NCBI RefSeq assembly: GCF_964204865.1
Contig: NC_135254.1
Coordinates: forward strand, 11,098,001-11,162,000
DNA length: 64,000 nucleotides
Direction of reading: 5' to 3'
DNA from: Styela clava
Taxonomy: Eukaryota
Below the pieces are notes generated by a model that was not told the DNA's origin, did no database searches, and was given only the letters and a program-made list of their open reading frames with translations. The position numbers were made by a program, and so were the translations under genes. Positions 13,653 to 26,693 of this stretch are shown piece by piece (the stretch's first letter is position 1; each line of letters opens with the position of its first letter).

Positions 13653-16600
13653 TCAGCAATATCCGCAGGTCCTACGACATTCCTTTTTCAGTGCAATTCT
13701 AAGAGTCGGTAAATTACACATAAGTTTTATATTTTTGCAGTCCAGACGACTATCGATGCATGTAGTCTCTCGTTTACCTGTTGAATGAACAAATATAGAC
13801 TAAATTCCGATAAATTTGTTCGTTATTTGTATAAATGTTGCACAATTTAAGATAATTTATGTTTATTAAACTAGCTTCAACGATGTGCAATGAAGTACGG
13901 ATAAATTTTCTCGTAAACGCACATGAACAGAAGCCACTGCAACGTATAAAGCAGTAACTGTATTTTGAAAGCTTCCTGCTCGGCGTTGACACACATGCAG
14001 AATTCATTACATCATGTGTATAGGTTGCGATAGGTTGAATCCAATTTAATTAATCTGTCTCTCTGTCGTAATTTGAAATCTCTGAACTTTTTATCGTTCC
14101 ACAGAATAGGTGACTCATCTTTAATCTGAGTAAATCACCTTCAGATTTCAATCAGATATGACATTTTGGTGTTTACGTACAAAATAAACGCCAGTTATGG
14201 TATTTTCGTGTAGGAGTTTGAATTTTAAAATGACGAATGCGTACAAAGTTAAGTATACCAGGTGTTTTTGAATTGCTAAATCTTTCAGTTTAGCCTTTTA
14301 TTGACGCTTTATGAATGATTGATGAAAGCCACAAACAAATTCATTAATAATCTAGATTAAACCATTACTATTACCTCTAAAATATGATGAAAAGAAGTTG
14401 GAACTTGAATGGCAGGGGTACATTTTATTGATTTGTTCAATATCGGAATACGATAGTCCCTTGCTCTGAAAATAAAGAAAAATGTATTCAATACAAATTA
14501 TTCGATAAAGAAGTAAATGGTATATTTTACTCCGCAATTTAGCGTTGGATAGCGAATTGAACCTGACTATGTTATAGTTGCAGATCAACTGTTATTTCTT
14601 GCGACCGATCTCTCACTAAATGTGTGATAAATTAAATAGATCGAATACAATTTGGAAGGTATCAGAATCGACGGAAAAAAATCACTGTATATTTAGCACT
14701 AAGGTAAAAATATACGATTTATTCCTTACTATACCACAGTGAAAAAATAAGTTGCTGGTTACCTTCATTTTCTGAACTCACTAAAGTGCAATAATTCTAA
14801 CTTCGTCAACTTTTACCTTTTAATGTTTGACCTTTTTACACAAATCAAGTCACAAACTAATTGCTTCATGGTATGTCTATATACTCAGTCTGGACTTATT
14901 TTATGTTTTCCAGAAGATTTTTCAATTTATAAATTAATTTTACTTTGTTAATGTATCATACCTGAGTTTGTAATTCTCGTCCAGTTGCATCTAACAAAGT
15001 AGGGAGGCCATTTTTAGAAAATGCTGTGCTACTGTAGTGCATAACTGATCCTATGTCATATTTGGATCCATATGATACAACTTCGGAACTGGAGAATTTT
15101 TGAAAATTCTCTAAATCGTCTGTGAAACATGAAGTGCAATTTTGGACAGTTAGTGTGGTATATTTTCAAATACGTTGTCTTTTCACTTTAGTTGCAAAAG
15201 TAATGAAAGAAACATAATGTATATTCTATATGCAAAATCCCAACTAAATCGAATCCGAGACTACCAAATTACATAACAAAACCTAAAGAAACTAAAATTT
15301 AACTGCGTTCAGTCTTTGCAATATACAATCTCGTTCGCTGTAATTTGGATAGATAAATACCATCAGTTGAGGGATAGCATGAAGGATATGAGCCAGCTAT
15401 TTGAAATAATTTTCACATAACATATATATATATATATATACTCGGAATAGTAAATATCATTTTGAAACTTAAATAATTGTTATTTTACGATTACATGAAA
15501 AAATAAGTTCGATATTGAACATAATTTATTCTAGATCCTTCTAATGAGGAAACAAATTTTATTATTCCTCGGGATAGGTACCATGTATTACGTCCAACAC
15601 CACATGCACGCATGATGCGAATATTTAGCTACTGACCTGTATCAATGTTTTCATAAACAATTTTGATATAGTTATCTCTGTCAGGTCTGCTATGTTCGTG
15701 CCAAAATCCAATGGAATGCATGATTTCGTGAACAACTATACCTTTATTACTACAGCCTCGTCCTATAGAAATCTGAAAAGTTATACTTTGAGATAAAAAA
15801 AAATCTCAATGATCATAATTTCAACGATTTCAACGAGTTTAGAATATTGCGAAATAAATAATTTTTCCATCCTCGATTCCAGAATGTTTGAAACAATCTT
15901 GAAATTTAGGTGTCGCACCATATAGTTCAATAAGTTGCGATGATCGTTTCGCTATTGCAGCGTACCTGGTTAGCGCCTTGGTGCATTCCAACATCGGACC
16001 AACATCCTCGGCCAACTTTAAATTCAATATAATTCTCTTCGTTGTTTTTCTTTTTCAATCGAATGCAAGTTTTACTTTCGATTTCTTCAATTGCCTCATT
16101 TATTGCCGACTTAGCCGCTGTGCCTAAATATTATTTAATAAAATTATCTTTTAATATTTTTTGTAATATTTTTCCCACTCAACTCTACGGAAAAACTGGG
16201 GATTGAGCTCAAGAATTTTAATCCCTGGCCATATTATAAACTAAAACTGTCAAAAATGACATAATTGTATCAATTCCAATGTCCAAAACAAAATGCTCAC
16301 GACTGCATACGGTTAACAAAATCAGACTAAAAATGAAATCAGTTCAACCTTTTTATTATAAAAAATGAAATGGTATTAGGGGTCACCTAGATACGGCGTC
16401 AAAACATAAGGTATGATGTAATGTCCACTGGTTCTATCCAACGGCCATCGATTGTGAGTTCCGGATCCGGCCCGACTCCAACCACCTCGCAACATGTTCA
16501 TCAGTTGTACAATCGATGTTTTTCTCAGTCGAATATCAGACTCGAACAAACCTGATCGAAACAGTTTTCATTTCATTTTTTGAATACGTGTATATGTATG

Positions 16601-17947
16601 AAAGTGAAGTATTTTGAATCGTTTTAAAGCGTTGTCATCACAGTTTACGCTCAGATTCAAATACCATGCTCACAATATCACTTTAGAAGTAATAAATTGA
16701 CTGGACAAAGCCGAGGGTTTCTGTTCTACCAGAAATAGCATCTTCGTGCAAATAGTATTATATAAGTTCTTATCGATTGGTAAAAAATATACATGAAGTC
16801 TAGTTTTTTGTAACATTTTAATTCTGAACCCGACTATTGAATACCCAAATAGTTGACTGTTTGAAGTTCAGTCTATCATTCCAAAAAGCAATTTTAAAGT
16901 AATTCAGAAATTACCATTGTTTCCCCTGTAATCGCATTTGCATGTTGCGCAACCATTTGATCCTCGTTTATACCAGATGCAGGTACTAGGACAGTCACGT
17001 AGTATGTTTGTGGAGCATTGTCGTCCAGCTGGAGTACAAATGTTTATAATTTAGTTATCATTAGCTATATCATTAACTATTGAAAGTAAACGATTGCACA
17101 TTGACACTGTTTTAACCTATGACCTTACACGGAAGAGATTTCCGGTATATTTTTGTGTATGTTTTCATGATTATAAATATTCGGAATAACGACAAAATTA
17201 TTTTTTTTTCCAGACTAAAGCCTAATAAGTCTATTCCATATTATACCTTGTTTGAGAAACACAGAAATACTTGGTTCTATCAGGTCATTCTTGAGTTCTT
17301 CTTGCTTCTCTGAAATCAAAAGCATTTAATATTATGTACAATATTGAATTCCTAAACTATTCACAAAATCTACTTACTGTAACACGCATTTACTTCCCAA
17401 ACTGTGGCATTCGTTTTAAATCCATTCAAAATTTCTTCGCAGCTGTATGCTCCCACACACATGGTGAAGGATGAACATAGAACAAACAATAGTACACAAA
17501 TTGCTCCCACACACATGGTGAAGGATGAACATAGAACAAACAATAGTACACAAATATCTCCTAAAACAAAAAATGGGAAAAATTCAATTGTGTCTTTAAT
17601 TTTAGGGTAATGAACTTTTGAAACAAACTTCAAAAATCATGATATAAATTGAGTTCTTCGAAAGCAAAATTATATAGATTATTCGTTCTTTCTTACATTA
17701 CCAGCAAGCTATCAAAACGACTGCTAAAAAACGAGTAAAATCCCTTAAATTGCGTTAAAATTTTCGTAGTCAAAACCCTTTCAAAGAGCTCAATTACAAT
17801 ATACACTTTATATGTTACATTCACAATAATTATAAATTCGTTTTATTTCTAGTGAAAAACGTTCCAGTCAGACAAACGATCACATACTGTAATATCTTCT
17901 GCAGTAGATACATAAATTCATTACATACCTGATATCATTTCGACCAT
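13653..17947 (-). CDS. Astacin (M12A) metalloprotease 2: duplicated signal peptide, antistasin-like module, prodomain, astacin domain, ShKT
   Basis: 10 exons in frame: 17929-17947, 17378-17560, 17247-17309, 16915-17028, 16387-16551, 15966-16123, 15637-15772, 14962-15119, 14375-14465, 13653-13777. Motifs: [20 protein letters not shown]; LFESDI; GCWSDVG; [19 protein letters not shown]; SVMHY; [35 protein letters not shown]. Confidence 0.92.
17448..17555. repeat. Perfect 54-bp tandem duplication inside a coding exon
   Basis: tgctcccacacacatggtgaaggatgaacatagaacaaacaatagtacacaaat occurs at 17448-17501 and 17502-17555; encodes [18 protein letters not shown] twice. Confidence 0.95.
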
Positions 17948-19204
17948 CTTTTCCTATACTAGAACAAGATCAAATGAACATTTTCCATCATCCTGGGGTG
18001 ATTTTAAAACGAACGAATGAATAATAAACATTTTAATACTGACGATAACTTCACAATGTATATTAAATCAAATCGGAATTAGACGAATTCTATCATGTGA
18101 ATTAGAAATTATATAATGCCTTATATACATATCAACTCGTCAAATTAAAAGTTGGCGTAAGTTGCCTTCAATTAGCCACTACCAATTTTATGGCATAATC
18201 ATTGTATTTAAATTTAGAGGACGAGTGTCATATAAAAATGATGCAACAAAGTAGGAGACATATATTATGTTCCATACTTTACCGGAATAGTTTATGACCC
18301 ATATTGCGTAACCGCGGTATGTTATTTGTGAGCTAATTATGGAAGGTCAACCAAATTTGACAATCATCTGTTGCGTAACGTTTATTCTGCTCCGATGAAA
18401 ACAATAAACTTGTAAGTCGTAAACGACACAAAGTAACACTGAAGTAGAGCTTCTAAGAATTGATTCATAACGTTTCTCATGGTACGTTCATTCAAACAAC
18501 GTCTTACGTAAAGTATAATTTATAGGCATTGAATATAAAAGGATGAACACCGAGCTAACATCTATAAGAATGAAACTGACTAAAATCCAAAAATACAATA
18601 TTAAATTTGAATTATTTAGTACCAAAGAGTATACCAAAATGAAATAAATTAACAATAATCCCCTATATGACAAATGACAATATACAGTAATTGAACAGTT
18701 AGTTTAAAAATAACCTATTTAATAAACATTAGAAACAATATATTTTATTGCATAGTAAAACACAATGATTCCCAATCGTCCGTCAGCTAGGATTTTTGTT
18801 ATTTTTCGTTACCATAACCATTTGCTTATATTTAAAAGTAACATATCACAGTGTAAAATGCTGACTGAAGAAAAAACGGAGAAACGGAAGCTTGTGGTTT
18901 TCCATGTTTGTAACGTTACATTCGAAATACAAGCAGTAGGCCCAGGAATCTCCTCATCTGCTAAACATGGCACGTCGTCCTGTCGATGAAGTCAGCAGCC
19001 ATCTGTCGCGATCGCAGACAAGATAACCTTAACAAAATTTCACCAAATTGAGGTCCTATAAAGATTACAACTAGTAACGTACAACTTTTTTTTACATCAG
19101 TGGTAAACTTAGGCATAACACTCATTTAAATATGATTTATCGGGAATGGGAGATGTCTTAATTGTAATTTGCAAATACCTGACGTGAGAGAAGTTGTCAA
19201 TATT

Positions 19205-19408
19205 GTTGACCGTACATTTGAACCCACGTACATTTGAACCCATGTGTATATCCGCGGGTTCAATCTATATGCGGGTGCTAAAACCCATGGGTTAGGTTAG
19301 TATGGGTTCAAATATCCGCAAAACGAAAAAAAAAATTCCATAGGTGCAATAGTATGCAGGTGCAATTGTCGTGGGTTCAAATGTACATGGTTCAAATGTA
19401 CGGGAACC
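19205..19408. mobile_element. MITE family B copy 1, 9-bp TSD
   Basis: Iterated acatttgaaccc on the left and ggttcaaatgt on the right; flanked by gtcaatatt at 19196-19204 and 19409-19417; inverted homologue at 45698-45904. Confidence 0.8.
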
Positions 19409-20091
19409 GTCAATATTCGCTTTAGGTTAATTCCATATAATTTATATTTGGTGTCCTGAGGTTTGATACTGTGATCCATACTCAGTCAGAAAGTGTTTGC
19501 ATTATCTAAAATTTGTAAACTAATGTGGTAAAAAAAATTGTAGCTGCATCGTGCTCTATATGTTGATTATATTCGAGAAGCAACAACACAAAAAAAAGGC
19601 CAGTGTATTATTGCATTTATTTATATTTGGACGCTCACCACTGTCTGAATATATTGGCTAATACGATTTTACGCTTTCGCGAATCTGGTAATGTTTACTT
19701 GGGCCTCTGACACAAAATGTTTTTATCAAAACCCATTCCATTCATTTTAATATTTGCTGCCATTGCCTGAGTGCATTTTATTTAATTTCATTGGCCCACC
19801 AGAGTAGAAAGGTTGGAAATCACTGATCTAAAATACTGGATAATGAGGTGCAATTAACAGCATATCGTCGAGTTATTCTCATGACCAAATTTCCCCCATA
19901 GCTAGGTTTTTGGTCATATTGTCCTGAACTGCTTCAAGCCTTGAGGCAATCGATATTTTCTAAAATTCTATGCTAATACTCCATTTTAATCTCAGTAACT
20001 ATTAGATCTTCATTGATCGTCCTGCGCTCTGAGATCAGTCTCCTTTATTTCTGAGTGAGTGCATATGACCTGGCTTTGGGCAAAGAGTCAC

Positions 20092-20131
20092 CACCCTCGT
20101 GTTCCATTATTCACCCTCGTGTTCCATTATT
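20092..20131. repeat. 20-bp perfect tandem duplication
   Basis: caccctcgtgttccattatt x2. Confidence 0.85.
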
Positions 20132-20976
20132 ATTTCTGATTTCTGTCTCAATTAGGCATTGTATGTGGGGAAGGAATAAACTGTAAAATACCATTTATTT
20201 GTCGCATACCATTTATAACATTTTGTTCTTCATTCGGTCCATGCATCACCGAAAGAAAACAGCCAAGTCGCGATAAATAAACAGATTAATTGTATTGATG
20301 TGTCAATTTTTACCACAGAAAAATTTTTGCCTTGCTTTTTGCATTATTTGCGACTTGTGGCAGGTTACCAAACAATTGTGGCGGGTTACTTTGTCACCTG
20401 AGCGTCAGTGGTTCACCCTCTCTGTTCTAGACTGTGATCTCATTCTCAAATCCTGATCTTTCTCATTTTACAGGTACCAAACCGCAACTCTTAAACAAGA
20501 TAACGTATTGACGAATATCTTCCCTTCTCCAAGCAGGTCTTAGTTTAATACTTCGTATCACGTCTCCTTTATTTGAATGAACCGTTCATGGCGTATTTCA
20601 CTACTGATAGATATTCCCCAACTCAAGGTATATGCAATGAAAGAGATCACAAAGTTGTGTATTGTCAAATTACAACATTTATTACAGTATGAAACAAGTA
20701 GTTCTGATATTGATAACATGTTAATTCTACGATTTTCACAATTACAAAAACAAATATGGTAAAATTGTGTCTGTACCGAAGACTTTCAAGTTTTTTAAAT
20801 GTTTTAAAAAGCTAGTGGTTAGGTAAATTCTTGCTATTTTTGCCTGGCTACCGGTCGTAATTTTTTGAATGCGCAATAGCAAAGTCTAACTTCACGCTTC
20901 GATTATGTTACTGGATATTTAGATATAGCTGTAAATTGATTTCAAGTGTTCACGTTAACATTATGTATTGTTTGAT

Positions 20977-23900
20977 TTAACCCCGGCGTGGGGCCCCACC
21001 AGCACCTGGTCTTCTTGCTCCTGGTCTCCTTGCGCCTCCTGCGCCGGGTCTTCTACCGCCTCGAACGGGAGGAGGAGGAGCTGGGGTAGTCGGAGCTTCG
21101 GTTGTTGTTGTTACTGGTTGTGGTCGTCCTACTCTCACTCCTCCGCTAATCACCCTTCCCGTCCCTCTAGTTCCAGCTCTGTCTCTCACGGACTGCTTGA
21201 AGAACTCACTGCATGCCATTCCGTCTATAAGTTCTCCAACGTCTTCGTTGTTTTCACCTTTCCAGTAGGCCTTTCCTTCACAGCACCAGTAATCTCTTCC
21301 ATCAATGCAACTATTTCCACAACAAACTGCTTTCTCTTTAGGAATTCCTCCTAACTCGCGAGGTGTACCATCGCAACACTTGAATGCGTCGGCATCCATT
21401 GAGGAATCACCTGACGGGATTTTAAAATAAGAACAATTAGAACAATATATAGTTGTAAATATTATTTAAAATATGTGACCATTACTAGTAAAAATGTCGT
21501 TAAATAAATAATCTAAAAACATACCACAGCATTTTGTATCAGGAAATTCAGCTCCATTGAAAACATTGGGACCGCAACATATTCCATCTGCACCAAATGG
21601 GTTGTCCAATCTCACATCGTCGCAGTATATTACTATTCTTATGTCGTACGTAGTATTTCCGACACAACGCCCAAACTCTTTGTAAAGATTCCGGTTGACA
21701 ACATCATCACAACAAAGATGTGACAAACGATTCATTGCCATTTCTCCGCAACATTCCAAATCATTTAAACCAATTTTTTTACCATCTTCACCAGCTAAAC
21801 AGAAAGTATGAATTAAAAACGTTTGTATTAATTTTGAAACGAAAAATGCAATCTACGAAAGATAATTGAAACTTACTCAGTGATGCATTGACACCCCCAC
21901 AGCATGTTTGTGAATCGTAATCATAAGGAACAAGCGTTGATGGATCACCGAAATCTCCACAGCATCGAGTATGGTGACTGGTCTAAAGTAAATGTTAGGG
22001 ATTTATAGAAAAGCACTGGAAATGTTAATTCGTTTTAACAGCGAATGAAGACGACAAAGAATACTCTGACCAGAAGTAAAAAAGTAAACTAGGAGTGGTT
22101 TGTGGAAAAAAACGTTTCATCGCTAACTTAGTCTGAAAATAATTCATCAGTTCTTATTTTTCTTCGCACAATTTTCATTTCGCAATTTGATTCATATTTT
22201 TCTAATCTCTACACATTTTTATTAATTCAAATTATATATATATATATGTATATAACGACTAAAAAAGCTTTTTTGCTAATAGAAAATATTATATGAACGC
22301 CAATAAATACAATATCAAACTGTAATAATCAAATACGGCCCAATAGATTTTTATTTGACAGACATAAGCCGCCAAGTTCTGAGGCTTATAGATTGATAAA
22401 AAGAAATCATGGCAGTTTTCACAAGCCTTATATGTGAATAAATTAGTATTATTAATGAAAGTGAGTTAAATATATATACCACGATTACCCCAATCAATTC
22501 AACATGGCGGTCTATTAAAATATATAAGCAGATTTGGCTTTAGGCCCATATGAAGAAATGGGATTTGTGAAATGTGAAAAAAAGCTCACCTCTCCTCTTG
22601 AATCTGGCGGATTGTCGAATACGGTTGTACCGCAGCATGTCTGTTCATACGCGTCAAAGCTGTCGGTTCCACAACAGGCCGGCCACACCATGTCAGACTG
22701 AAATTTAACAGAATAAAATGTTGTTATCAAGCCATCGCAAAGATGTAATCGTAATTTAGCGAGGTTTTTATGCACAGGTTTTTAATTACAAATCATTATT
22801 GGAAAAATAAACTATTTGCTTTAAAACATGACTCCAGTTTTTACTTATTAAATTATAGTTATCGCATAAATATACCAGAATCGATCATAGAATCCTCTTT
22901 AGCCGATGCGCAATAGTTTCTGCGATTGCAACGTTTATTAATCTCAATGTTGAGCACATAAGACAATGGCGGTCTAATCAAAGTTATAATCCAAAACTAC
23001 AAGTCCGTAAATCCAATGAAGTAATTGGCTTGGGTGATTACTTTTTTTCAAACGTACGCCGGTTTACTCGTTTAATTCGATTTTAGACTCGAACGTGAAG
23101 CTGACATCTTCGGATATATATAATGTTAAAATACCACGAAAAATTAAACATCCATAATTCATTTATGACATCATAAACCTTTCTGCATGACAAATAGTAC
23201 ACTTCAGTATTCTTTGTTTAAAGTTCTGACTAGAGTTATGTTTTTGTATAATTTTGATTGGAACTAATTTCGAGTAACACGTAATAATGTAATTAAATGC
23301 TCATAAATTAGATCAATTAAAGTGGCGAACAATCTGCTACACTTCTAGTGCTCAATAGAATCTTACTCCAACTATTCCTCCGCCGCAACACACTCCAGTA
23401 AGTTCATCATACGGCGTTCCAGCGCAACAACCTGCTCCCTCCGTCTCCAGGTCGTATACCGTGTTGTTGCAGCAATTACCAGCTTCTGAAAAGTAGGCTC
23501 TTCCAGCACAACATTCATCACCCTAAATCATGGAAATATAACAAGTAGAAATTAGCACACATGTTCAATATATAGGCAAATCAGTAGAGATTTTAAAATT
23601 AAAATTCTAGCATGTACAGCTCAGCTTGCGCTATTACAGCGAGCTATACTTTGTTGGTGTCGTAGTCGGTCAGTCAATAAACTAGTAATATACATGTTCA
23701 AAAATGTTGTCAAAAACGTGCGTTTACCTCTTGTATATATTGTTATGTCAAACTACATTGATAAAACCCTACTAATGTTATCAGATCGACAAAACATGAT
23801 AAAACATACAATAGGTTGTCTTTCAAAATACTAGATGCACGATTGAAAAATTCTTTTATTGAATATGTAACTAAACTTTGTTTCATGATTGTTTTATCAT

Positions 23901-26693
23901 ACATAATGATCCTCGTTTTTTTATAAAAAATAATAAAACCCTTGTTTTATTTTCGTTACCTCGTTTTCTCTGTCGACCAACTCATCTCCACAACATGTTT
24001 GTGTAGTTGCATCAAACGCTTGTTCTATTCCTCCGACAGTGCAGCATCCTATATTCACATTTCCTTCGTTTCCAGCTTGCTGATCGGTTAGAAGTCCATT
24101 GCAGCAGTACTAATTGAATAATGGGATTAAAAGCAAATTTAATGTTCAAGTTTTCATTGGTAAATAACGCAAACACACGATCGATGAAGTGCAAATAGAT
24201 CACACAGTACCAATTGCCCGATGATTTTTTTGTTTGCATTATGGCAGGGTCTGTGTTGTTTCTATTCTAACTCAAAACAATCATCAAAATTGTTCTGTTA
24301 AAATTATATTGAATAAAAAGAGGAAAGGTGAGTATTACGCAACCATGTAAAGTATTTATAATTGTTATTGAGCTTGTTTCAATTTAAGTTACAAGTCAAA
24401 CCTGTGATGATGCATTTGCGATTAGACCATTGCAGCATATTTGTAATCCTAGATCATAAATTTCGCCGTCACAACATCCCTGCGTCTCAACAAGGTATGG
24501 ATTCCAGTTGCTGCGCTCACTGTCAAATCTACAACAAGCTGTATCTTTTTTTTGTGCGTTTAAAAGTTTTCCGTTTCCACAAGGACAAGATGCAACTCGT
24601 CTATCGTAAGCAACATCATAACAGCAATCAGCATACGCTGTAGTTGCTAAACACAAAATTAAACCATCGTGATATAGTGATCCAATTTTGTATAACTTGA
24701 TAAATATACGGAAGGTAAATGTTTGATATAAATTTGCACAAGAATATTTCGGAATAACAATCAAAAATTCACACCATTTATTGTATCCATACTTTATAGC
24801 CTCTTCGTTCTGCGATCTTATAAAATTAAATTTGTGCTAGAAGCTTGTGCATGGACCAGGGCTCTTCAAACTGAAAGTCCCGGAACCCCGATGGGACGCG
24901 AAAGGGCTTAATGGAAGTCGCGGTAAAATCTTTGTCGATACTAACTCATGTCAAAACAAAATATCGATCAAATTGAAAAGATTTGTAACCAGTACTGAGA
25001 CCCATCGTCACCGAAATAGAGTCAAGATTCGACCTTTAGTGCGAAAATATACAAGCACATCGGTCTTATTAAAGGTCTTCTCAGTTTTATTATTATATTT
25101 TCAATATTTTCTGTATTACAAATTTTACTTCATGTTTATTTTATTTCTTGAGGGTCGCGAAAAAATTGAACCGTGCCAATTGGGGCGTGATGAACACTGG
25201 CATATACAATTCGCAATTATAAAAAATGCAAGTTGCGTTTTTGAAGCAGTGTCAATGTCAAGTCGCAAGGGCAGTGGAAAAACCTATTATAGAAGGGAAA
25301 TTCGAACAAGATTATTTATGTCATTGAACACGTCAGGTCTCGGATCAAGTTTTGTTAAATTGATCAAATTTAATTATTGTATGTCAAAGTTGTTATAACT
25401 TTTATCTGATGATGTGTCATACAGTGATGAGTGATGAGTCATACAGCCTTATTGTTACTAACGATATCGATATATATTATTGACTGACAGATCGAAATAT
25501 TCTTACATAAATTTAGTAAGCTTACTTATGAATCCTACTCTTCCCTCACAACACATGCTTGTCAAAGTGTTGAAAGCTTCTGGCTTATTTTGCCAACTTC
25601 TACAACATTGCATGTGCGGATTCTCTTCATTGTCGTAAAGATCTGCTCCGCAACATTCTGGTTCGGTTGGACTGTTCTAAAATGGTTACCACATTCAATG
25701 TTTCAATAACATGACATAGAAAAATAAATCTGATTTTTCAGAATTCACAGTTTATAGTGATTTTTCAATTTATTGGAGTTCTTTAGACCCTCTTTAGTAC
25801 ATACCTATAACTGTAAATCAACAATATAGTAACATATATTTGAATCTAGCTTTTACTAGCACATAATTAATATTTTCCTCTTGGACAGTGGCACCCACAC
25901 CAAGCTCACAAGCGTATTTTATATTTCAATACCTCTGTTCTGTTGTGTATTTCAAAGTCCAGAGTCGGTGCCCATGCACAGCAAATTTCTGTCTCGGGAT
26001 TGTGCATTCTTCCAAAACTTTTATCTCCGCAACATTGTGAAAATGAGTCAAGTTTATCGTATACTTCTTTGCCTAAATAGAAAAAAAGATTATTCAATAT
26101 ATCTTCCAATTCCATTACATTAACATCTGACATCAACAGATAATACAACGCGAATCCGTGCTATTATCAGTGCCTTCTCGTAATAAGATGAGCAAGTTTG
26201 TTGAATTTTGGCTGTAATCGATCTGGTTTTAATAGGAAAATTGTTGTTTGCTTTTATTCTGAACCAAGTCATTTTAACTGGTGGTTAACGAACGGCGTGA
26301 AGGTGCCAGTAAAAGTACTTCTCTCCGTGTCCATATAGTTGTGCCTTTGCATTCATGCTTTTTTGTTTATCATTTAACACGATTCGTTAAGTTACTGTGA
26401 GTGGGACGGGATTTATTTTTGTAAAATATTTTAGATTTGGATAAGTTTTCGACAATAGTATTATTATAAATTATCTACAAAAATTTTAACATCATAGAAT
26501 TACTACTCGACCTTTTCAGTAACTTACCACAACAAACTTGCGTGCACGTGTCGTACTTTACAACTGTTCCGTTAGCGTTTCTACATAGTCCTACGGCCCT
26601 TGTACATCTTCTCACATAGTTATGCTTGCCAATACCGGCAGCTTCGTGAGTTGACACAGCAATCACCACTAGAAGAGTTATTAGTTTATACAT
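20977..26693 (-). CDS. Galaxin-like secreted dicysteine-repeat protein with Thr/Pro linker and Arg/Gly-rich tail
   Basis: 10 exons (approx. 26528-26693, 25933-26072, 25526-25676, 24402-24646, 23960-24109, 23367-23522, 22590-22697, 21879-21982, 21524-21794, 20977-21410). Signal MYKLITLLVVIAVSTHEAAG; about 28 CC dipeptides in [YF]Dxxx[QT]xCCxG-type repeats; ends TTTTEAPTTPAPPPPVRGGRRPGAGGARRPGARRPGAGGAPRRG*. Confidence 0.88.
24857..25199. mobile_element. hAT-type MITE in a galaxin intron
   Basis: Termini cagggctcttcaaact ... tgatgaacactg; flanks gcatggac / gcatatac (6/8 match, putative TSD). Confidence 0.6.

Noticed and set aside
14352-14374. ORF-track stop (GNSNGLI*) as the end of astacin 2
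   Set aside because: A phase-1 donor at 14375 splices to an intact ShKT exon at 13653-13777, matching the paralog's structure.
19205-19408. Iterated acatttgaaccc units as a CRISPR-like array
   Set aside because: Units are short, irregularly spaced and switch orientation mid-element; there is a TSD and a second dispersed copy, so this is a eukaryotic MITE. No cas genes are present.
20968-21354. Plus-strand ORF rich in Ser/Trp/Cys
   Set aside because: Antisense shadow of the GC-rich galaxin terminal exon.
24847-25398. 183-aa plus-strand ORF
   Set aside because: Runs through a MITE in a galaxin intron, starts at GTG and has no protein motif.
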